Shown piece by piece: positions 21,536-28,730 of a stretch of DNA of 32,000 bases. The DNA lies in NCBI GenBank assembly GCA_016699955.1, contig CP064993.1:570001-602000 (forward strand), in the 5' to 3' direction. Positions within the stretch are counted from its first letter, which is position 1; each line of letters opens with the position of its first letter. Made by a program: the position numbers and the translations under genes. The notes below the pieces were generated by a model. That model was not told the origin of the DNA. It searched no databases and saw only the letters and a list, made by a program, of their open reading frames with translations. Source of the DNA: Candidatus Saccharimonadota bacterium (GTDB taxonomy: Bacteria > Patescibacteriota > Saccharimonadia > Saccharimonadales > UBA4665).

Positions 21536-21610
21536 GTCAGATCTAATTAAAATTTTATAACAATGTCTAGGCTAGAATTACGAAACGCTCGTCGCCTATC
21601 AAAAAGTTTC

Positions 21611-21637
21611 AAAAATCCGCAGGCAGCGGATTTTTTT
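21611..21637 (+). terminator. Terminator-like hairpin after tRNA-Ile
   Basis: AAAAATCCGC-aggca-GCGGATTTTTTT. Confidence 0.5.
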
Positions 21638-21708
21638 GTGATATATATTACAAAACTGAAGAACGTTTTCAGGGGCGAGGGTGTTGCAAAAATGACTACG
21701 GCATATGC

Positions 21709-21737
21709 TTGACCGCCCCTGTAAAAAAGAGTAGAAT
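21709..21737 (+). promoter_or_regulatory. 23S-5S promoter
   Basis: TTGACC-17 nt-TAGAAT, about 460 nt upstream of mature 23S. A boxA-like TTCTTTTTACAAG lies at ~21846. Confidence 0.5.
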
Positions 21738-22479
21738 TGTACGGATGCTTGAGTTTAGACAGTGAAGCTTCGGTAACGAAGCCAAAACGGAGATAAACCG
21801 CCAAGCTTTAAGCTTAAACTCAAGCTAAAAACGCATCGACGTCTATTCTTTTTACAAGAAACAGGCTGCGGTGAAGTGTCTTGGGTAGCAACTTAACAAG
21901 TTGAATATGTAAGAGAAGAGAATTTGTTCGCTCGACATCGCCCGAGATAATCCTTGGGAGTTACAGCGAACAAAAAAGCAATTCGTATGTGTCTTTGTAA
22001 ACACATACGTCTTAATTTAAGACAAACGGCTATTGATGTGCGATCACACTGGTTTTCAAATTGCCAGATGTGGTACATACCAATAACTAGTCAACACGAG
22101 CATTTATTTTTACGAGTAAGTGTTCGTGATTTAGCTCGACTACCTTCGGGTAATCGAGCAAATTGCACAAAACAGATGAGATTTCGATCTCATCTTTCGT
22201 AAAAAGTTACTCAAGCGCACACAAAGGATGCCTTGACATGCAATACCGAAGAAGGACGTGATGAGCTGCGAAAAGCTCCGGGGAACAGCCAAATATGTTT
22301 TGATCCGGAGATGTCCGAATGGGGAAACCCGGTTAGAGTAATGTCTAATCACCGCTATCTGAATATATAGGATAGTGAGTAGGTAACCGCCTGAACTGAA
22401 ACATCTTAGTAGGGCGAGGAAGAGAAAGTAAACAACGATTCCGGTAGTAGTGGCGAGCGAATCCGGAACAGCCCAAACC

Positions 22480-22655
22480 TATTTTGCTTTTGCCTGGTAA
22501 TTTATTACTGGCAAATAAGTTGGTAGACGAATGTAAATTAGGGGTTGTGACATTGCAAACATCCTTGTGTGGGAGTCCGCTTCGGCGGGAGTCCACACGA
22601 GGCAGCTAGATCTACCAGTGTCTAGCATAAGGTCAAAAATTGATGAGGCGAGCAG
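22480..22655 (+). other. 23S domain I expansion (~145 nt extra relative to my recollection of E. coli ~270-300)
   Basis: It lies between conserved GGAACAGCCCAAACC and GTTGGAAAGCTGCGCC. It contains a GTGTGGGAGTCCGC-TTCG-GCGGGAGTCCACAC hairpin. Confidence 0.55.
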
Positions 22656-22952
22656 AAGCAGTTGGAAAGCTGCGCCATAGACGGTGATAGCCCGGTACGC
22701 CAAGTTTCATCAACCTTATATTTGCAAAGAGCTTGCTGTCGGTTACGTAGCTTCGGCTGTGTATCTAGAGCAAACTCGGTTGTCGAGTAAGTCGGGACAC
22801 GTGAAACCCTGACTGAATCTGGGGGGTCCACCCTCCAAGGCTAAATATATTGCATGATCGATAGAGAACAAGTACCGCGAGGGAAAGGTTAAAAGAACCC
22901 CGGGAGGGGAGTGAAATAGAACCTGAAATTGTGTGCGTACAAGGAGTCGGAG

Positions 22953-23128
22953 CCCGCTCTTCATAGATGAAGAGTATTTGGCAGAAAACAGTTAACAGAT
23001 GACATAAATTTAGCATAAAACATGTAACAGGTATCAGACTTCAGTGTCTGCGATCTAAAACTGGCTAAATTTCTGCTCAACGATATCTGCTACTTGCTAA
23101 ATGGAGCTCATCATTTGTGATGAGCGGG
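22953..23128 (+). other. 23S helix-25-region insertion (~150 nt extra), closed by CCCGCTC/GAGCGGG
   Basis: An AT-rich segment replaces the short hairpin between GTACAAGGAGTCGGAG and GTGACGGCGTGC. No ORF is present. Confidence 0.6.
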
Positions 23129-24245
23129 TGACGGCGTGCTTTTTGTAGAACGATCCAACGAGTTATTTGGCATGGCAAGCTTAAGTCATATGACGTAAGC
23201 CAAGCGAAAGCGAGTCTGAATAGGGCGCATAGTCATGTTGAATAGACCCGAAACCAGGTGACCTAACCATGGGCAGGTTGAAGCGTCGGTAAAACGACGT
23301 GGAGGACCGAACCGTAGCGAGTTGCAACACGCCCGGATGACCTGTGGTTAGCGGTGAAATGCCAATCGAACCTGGAGATAGCTGGTTCTCCTCGAAATAG
23401 CTTTAGGGCTAGCGTTGTACGGTAACATGTGGGGGTAGAGCTCTGTTTTGGACTGGGGGTCGTAAGATTACCCACCCTTGACAAACTACGAATACCACAT
23501 GCGGAACTACAGCAGTCAGAACGGCGGGGCTAAGCTCGTCGCTCGAAAGGGAAACAGCCCAGATCACCATCTAAGGTCCCCAAGTCTATGCTAAGTGGGA
23601 AACGAGGTGGGGTTTCTTAAACAACTAGGATGTTGGCTTAGAAGCAGCCATTCATTTAAAGAGTGCGTAACAGCTCACTAGTCAAGAGACCCTGCGCGGA
23701 AAATGTAACGGGGCTAAGCATAGCACCGAAGATGTGAATTTCTAGATTTATCTAGGAGTGGTAGAGGAGCGTTCCTCTCTGCGTTGAAGCTTGACCGCGA
23801 GGTCTGAGTGGAGCGTGAGGAAGTGAGAATGTTGGAATGAGTAACCATAAGGCAGGTGAGAATCCTGCCCACCGAAAGAGCAAGGTTTCCTGGGCCACGG
23901 TAATCGTCCCAGGGTTAGTCGGTCCTAAGCCGAGGCGCGTAGCGTAGGCGATGGACAACAGGTTAATATTCCTGTACTGGCATGTATTTGTTATATGTGC
24001 GCGGCATAGTAGTAGGAGCGGATTCATGGTTATATCCGTCTAAGTACGAGAAACACGTACGAATGAAACGACCATCAGGTTGAATTCCTATGAAAGTGCT
24101 GACTAGAAAAGCAATATAACGCGTGGTACATGCCATCCGTACCGCAAACCGACACAGGTGCTCAGGTCGAGAAGACCAAGGTGTACGAGTGATTCTTCGT
24201 TAAGGAACTCGGCAAACAAGCGACCGTAACTTCGGGATAAGGTCT

Positions 24246-24480
24246 GCCCCCTCACTCTGTCTATGACAGGTGAGTATGCCAGTTTTCTTTTTGAAAACTA
24301 TGATTGCTACTGCAAGTTTATAACTTCTTGCAGCTAGCATGTCTACCAAGATCTTTTGAGACATATCAGAAAGAAAGCTGTCCCAAACACACTATTTACA
24401 AAGCTGCTTCAGGACCCGAAAGGGAAAAGAGCAGCCCGAGAAAAACCGCAAGGTTTGTCTCATAGGTAGAGTGAGGGGGC
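24246..24480 (+). other. 23S helix-63-region insertion (~190 nt extra), closed by a perfect 13-bp stem
   Basis: GCCCCCTCACTCT (24246-24258) pairs with AGAGTGAGGGGGC (24468-24480). It is flanked by conserved CTTCGGGATAAGG and GCAACTGTTTACCAAAAACACAG. Confidence 0.65.
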
Positions 24481-25358
24481 CGCAGCTAAGGAACCCATGC
24501 AACTGTTTACCAAAAACACAGGTCTGTGCTAACACGAAAGTGGATGTATACGGGCTGACTCCTGCCCAGTGCTGGAAGGTTAAGGGGAGTTGTGTATGCA
24601 GCGAACTGAAGCCCCAGTGAACGGCGGCGGTAACTATAACCGTCCTAAGGTAGCGAAATTCCTTGTCAGGTAAGTTCTGACCCGCACGAATGGAGTAATG
24701 ATATGGGTACTGTCTCAACGAAGAGCTCGGTGAAAGTGCATTGACGGTAAAGATGCCGTCTGTCCGCAGCAGGACGAAAAGACCCCGTGCAGCTTTACTA
24801 TAGCTTGACATTGAGCCGGGTTATAACATGTGTAGTATAGGTGAGAGGCTTTGAAGCAGAGACGCTAGTCTCGGTGGAGCCACCAGTGAAATATCACCCT
24901 TGTTATGATCTTGTTCTTACGGGAGCCACAAATTGGTAATGAGACAAAACTACATAATGTTTTGAGTTCCTCGTTATTAGTTTCTGGCTTCCGGACCGTG
25001 TCTGGTGGGTAGTTTAACTGGGGCGGTTGCCTCCTAAAGAGTATCGGAGGCGTTCAAAGGTTAGCTAACTACGGATGGAAATCGTAGTGATAGTGTATAC
25101 GCATAAGCTAGCTTGACTGTGAGGCCTACAAGCCGAGCAGGGACGAAAGTCGGAGTAAGTTTTCCGCTGTCAGTACATTTGTACAAGAGTGTGGTATCGG
25201 CAGCGCTTTCGGATAAAAGTTACGCCGGGGATAACAGGCTTATAGCATCCAATAGTTCACATAGACGATGCTGTTTGGCACCTCGATGTCGGCTCATCTC
25301 ATCCTGGGGCTGAAGCAGGTCCCAAGGGTCCGGCTGTTCGCCGGTTAAAGAGGTACGT

Positions 25359-25392
<34 letters not shown>

Positions 25393-25935
25393 TTATATCC
25401 GCTGTGGACGCAAGGAAATTTGAGAGGATCTACCCCTAGTACGAGAGGACCGGGGCGGACGCACCGCTGGTGTATCAGTTGTTCTACCAAGGGCATTGCT
25501 GAGTAGCTATCGTGCGGAATAGATAAGCGCTGAAAGCATATTAAGCGCGAAACTAGCCTCAAGATTAGATTTCCCTATGAGGGTCGTGAAAGACTATCAC
25601 GTTGATAGGCGCAAGGTGTAAGTGCAGTAATGTATTCAGCCGAAGCGTACTAATCGCCCCATTGACTTTTTACGACCTATGAATCGTGCATTTTACGTGC
25701 ATGGTTCATAGGCAAAAAAGTGCATTGACTAGTTATTGGTGTGGTTTTACCATGCTGGTAGCAACGTTTGTTTTAACATTGCTTGCTCTTTTTTACATAC
25801 TATCGTCTAATTGTAATGGACATCGACACCGACTGTGACTATTCCTTGTACCAAGGGAAAAGAGCAGCCGAAGCCAGCGGATTTATTCCGCGACTCCGCG
25901 CGACCGAGAAAAACCGTAGGTTTGTCTCAGTTATG

Positions 25936-26048
25936 TCGGTGCCCATAGCGAGAGGGTCACACCTGTTCCCATACCGAACACAGCAGTTAAGCCTCTCAGC
26001 GGTTACAATACTTGGGTCTTCTAGCCCTGGGAAAATAGCACGGTGCCG
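25936..26048 (+). rRNA. rrf: 5S ribosomal RNA
   Basis: GTTCCCATACCGAACACAGCAGTTAAGC core. Helix I pairs CGGTGCC with GGTGCCG (with G-U pairs). Confidence 0.85.
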
Positions 26049-26058
26049 TTTTATGACT

Positions 26059-26086
26059 AAGCCCTCCATTCGTGGAGGGCTTTTTC
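26059..26086 (+). terminator. Intrinsic terminator of the 23S-5S unit
   Basis: AAGCCCTCCA-ttcg-TGGAGGGCTTTTT. Confidence 0.8.
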
Positions 26087-26119
26087 TATTGGTAAAACTT
26101 TATTATGCATCTAACCGAC

Positions 26120-26139
26120 GCACCGTGCTATTTTCCCAG
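26120..26139 (+). repeat. 20-nt perfect inverted copy of the 5S 3' segment (partner 26027-26046)
   Basis: GCACCGTGCTATTTTCCCAG is the exact reverse complement of CTGGGAAAATAGCACGGTGC. Confidence 0.8.
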
Positions 26140-26398
26140 AAAATATATATCCAAAATAGCAAGAGCAACATTTTTGCATTGCAATAATGTTGGCGAGTTG
26201 AGGTTAAGCGATTGTCAACGAAATGCTTATTAGTAACATGTATGTAAAAAAACGTTGTACAAAATAAATTATACAGATGTAATCGATGTAATTTAGCGTT
26301 GTAAATATTACGTTATAATTATCACTACACTATTGATTAACTACTTCGCTCCGCCTATTATAAGTGTGTACAGACCTAGTCCCATAGGTTCTTACAAA

Positions 26399-26423
26399 CA
26401 AAAAACAAAACAAAACAAAACAA
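26399..26423 (+). repeat. (CAAAA)n pentanucleotide tract in the 5' UTR just upstream of the RBS
   Basis: CAAAAAACAAAACAAAACAAAACAAAGGAG. The ATG follows about 10 nt after the AAGGAG. Confidence 0.8.
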
Positions 26424-26436
26424 AGGAGTTACGCAT

Positions 26437-27048
26437 ATGCGTAAAAAGCTTAGTGCACTTGTAGCTCTATTTGCAGTAGCTGGACTGTTACTTCCCGTAG
26501 CCGTTTCTGCCGCCACAAATACGAGCCTTTCACAAGTAATTAACCCTGGCACCTTGACGTATGATATCGTCGACGGTGCCGGTTCACCGGTAGCAAGCCC
26601 AGCTGTGGCTTTCCCGGCAACAACATTTAGTTTCTCGTGTCAGACACAGAACGCCACGTTCGGTACTGCTTCACAGAAAGTCAAAGTGAACAACCCAGTT
26701 CTTTCAGGCGTTAAGCTTGATATCAATGCTCAGACACCAGCATCAGATAACTGGACAACAGGCAGCGAGAGCTACAGCTACAAAGATGCTGCAGGCGCTG
26801 GTTGTACAGGTGGTCAAATGACCGTTAGCGGTGGTAGCTTTAACCAAACCGCTGGTGCAAACGTACCTACCTTTACGCTTCCTGGCGGAGCATTTACTAG
26901 CACTTCCCCTGTGACGCTCATGAACAACACGAGCACTACTGCATGGGAAGGCGAATTGACAGGTTACACACTTAGCCAGAAGGTTCCTGCAGAGCAGGCC
27001 GATGGTACATATAGCTTGAGTATGGTTATTTCTGCTATTGCGCAGTAA
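26437..27048 (+). CDS. Secreted small surface protein, paralogous to the C-terminal domain of the 824-aa protein (WxL-like domain, tentative)
   Basis: Signal peptide MRKKLSALVALFAVAGLLLPVAVSA|AT. LTYDIVDGAGSPVASPAVAFP...NATFGTASQKVKVNN aligns with LSVDIVDSGGATVGSPSVGFG...NATLGATEQRIRVTN of gene 3. Both end with the shared terminus VPAEQADGTYSLSMVISAIAQ. Confidence 0.85.
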   Translation: MRKKLSALVALFAVAGLLLPVAVSAATNTSLSQVINPGTLTYDIVDGAGSPVASPAVAFPATTFSFSCQTQNATFGTASQKVKVNNPVLSGVKLDINAQTPASDNWTTGSESYSYKDAAGAGCTGGQMTVSGGSFNQTAGANVPTFTLPGGAFTSTSPVTLMNNTSTTAWEGELTGYTLSQKVPAEQADGTYSLSMVISAIAQ

Positions 27049-27105
27049 AAAACCATAAACGAGTTCTAGTCAAAAAGGCGCAAACAATGTACAGTAAAGA
27101 GCAAG

Positions 27106-28653
27106 ATGAGAAAACGACTGCAAAAAATGGGACTATTGCTTGTTGTTGCCCTCCTGCTCTTTACTGCCGCGCCCCAGGTTCTCGCGGAAACCGGCTCCAT
27201 TGGAATAGCGCCGGCGTTTCCGAAGCCCAATAATGCGCGCAGCCGTAGCATATTTATACTGACGCTCAAAGGCGGGGAAGTGGTTGAGGATGGAGTTCGG
27301 GTGTACAACTACACAAGTGAGTCGCGCACGGTTTTAGTCGACGTAGTGGATTCAATCTCAGCCACCGACGGCTCGTTCTCTTGTAAACAAAATAGTGAAA
27401 ATAAAACGGCGGTTGGCAAATGGATTAAACTAGCCGCAAAAGAAGTCACCGTTTCTCCAAAATCCAATGAGCTCGTCACGTTTACTGTTTCGGTTCCCGA
27501 CAAAGTGGCGCCTGGCGAACATGGCGCGTGCATTACTGCGCAGGACACAAAAAATGTTGCTGCAAAAAGCGGAGCGGGGGTTCTGCTGGGTTTCCGCAAC
27601 GCCATCCGGGTAGCAATAACTGTACCCGGAAAAATTGTTAAAGACTTGCGAATTGAGAAGGTTGACGTTGCCCGGAATGAAAAAGGCAACTATACTGTCT
27701 CGCCTATATCAAAGAACACCGGTAATGTCTCGCTCGATGTAAAAGCGCGAGCCCAGCTCAAAAGCTTCTTTGGAGAACAAACTGAAGTAAAAGCCGCTGA
27801 TTATCCAGTTATTGCGGGCGCTACAACCGGCTGGGCGTTTGAGTTCAAGCAGCCGTTTTGGGGTGGTTTTTACCGAGCATATACCTCGCTTAGCTACAAT
27901 GCTAACCCCGCGACAGGGCTTGGCGACCAGGTAAACGGAGAACAAAAAAAGATTCGGCGTGACACGGGCTATTTCTTTATGATGCCGAAACCACAGGCGC
28001 TTGCTGTCGAGCTAAGCCTTCCACTACTTGCCCTAGGGGCACTCATTAGTACACTGCGCCGAAAGCACATCCGACGCACTGCGTACAAAAAGCTAGAAAG
28101 CTACACCGTGCAAGCTGGAGACACAATTGTATCTATTGCCGCCGCACACGCCTGTAAATGGAAAAAACTTGCAAAGTTAAATGGCTTACGTCCACCGTAT
28201 ATGCTTCAGAGCGGGCAAATAGTGCTTCTTCCAAAGACGGCGGCTAAACACCGTAAGAAACGTTCTGACTGGCAAGAAGTAGCAGATGATACAGTAGAAA
28301 AAGCCCTTGAGACGCCAGAGCCTGTTCAGCCTGTCACGCCAGTAGCTCAGCCCGCGCCACAAGATTGGGAATTACCAGCTGCTACGGCGCCTGCTCAGTC
28401 TCAGCCAACAGTGTCGCAGCCTCACGTAGCCTTGCAGCAACCGAGGGTTGTCGTTATCCGCTCGCAAGCAAAACCGAAACGGAGTAGCAGAAAGAGCAAG
28501 CGCTATTCATGGGCGTCACCAAGCACTGAATGGTCGCCACTGCAGGCCACGCAAGAGCCATCCCCAATACAGGCGGCTTCTGCTAAGCGTAAAACATCGA
28601 CACGAAAAAAAACGTCAAACAAAAGGGTCAAAAAAAGTGACACAAAGCGATGA
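27106..28653 (+). CDS. Membrane-anchored surface protein: signal peptide, DUF916/DUF3324-like ectodomain (tentative), TM helix, LysM domain, Pro/Gln linker, polybasic tail
   Basis: Signal peptide ...APQVLA|ETG. Ectodomain pattern SIFILTLKGGEVVEDGVRVYNYTSESRTVLVDVVDSISATDGSF...VTVSPKSNELVTFTVSVPDKVAPGEHG. TM ALAVELSLPLLALGALISTL then RRKHIRR. LysM YTVQAGDTIVSIAAAHACKWKKLAKLNGLRPPYMLQSGQIVLLP. Lys/Arg/Ser-rich end. Confidence 0.85.
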   Translation: MRKRLQKMGLLLVVALLLFTAAPQVLAETGSIGIAPAFPKPNNARSRSIFILTLKGGEVVEDGVRVYNYTSESRTVLVDVVDSISATDGSFSCKQNSENKTAVGKWIKLAAKEVTVSPKSNELVTFTVSVPDKVAPGEHGACITAQDTKNVAAKSGAGVLLGFRNAIRVAITVPGKIVKDLRIEKVDVARNEKGNYTVSPISKNTGNVSLDVKARAQLKSFFGEQTEVKAADYPVIAGATTGWAFEFKQPFWGGFYRAYTSLSYNANPATGLGDQVNGEQKKIRRDTGYFFMMPKPQALAVELSLPLLALGALISTLRRKHIRRTAYKKLESYTVQAGDTIVSIAAAHACKWKKLAKLNGLRPPYMLQSGQIVLLPKTAAKHRKKRSDWQEVADDTVEKALETPEPVQPVTPVAQPAPQDWELPAATAPAQSQPTVSQPHVALQQPRVVVIRSQAKPKRSSRKSKRYSWASPSTEWSPLQATQEPSPIQAASAKRKTSTRKKTSNKRVKKSDTKR

Positions 28654-28730
28654 ACGTGATCGGCATGGGGACAGTAAGCAACAGTTGTGTGTGCTCTTGC
28701 AAGAGATGTGTAAAAACTTCGTAAGGGTCA

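Noticed and set aside
21547-22352. ORFs in the tRNA-23S leader (21547..21804, 21893..22078, 21954..22202, 22140..22352)
   Set aside because: The region is a highly structured rRNA leader containing the promoter and processing stem. The ORFs have no coding features.
25783-26187. ORFs 25783..26187 (+) and 25839..26069 (-)
   Set aside because: They span the 23S-5S spacer, 5S rRNA and its terminator, and are spurious.
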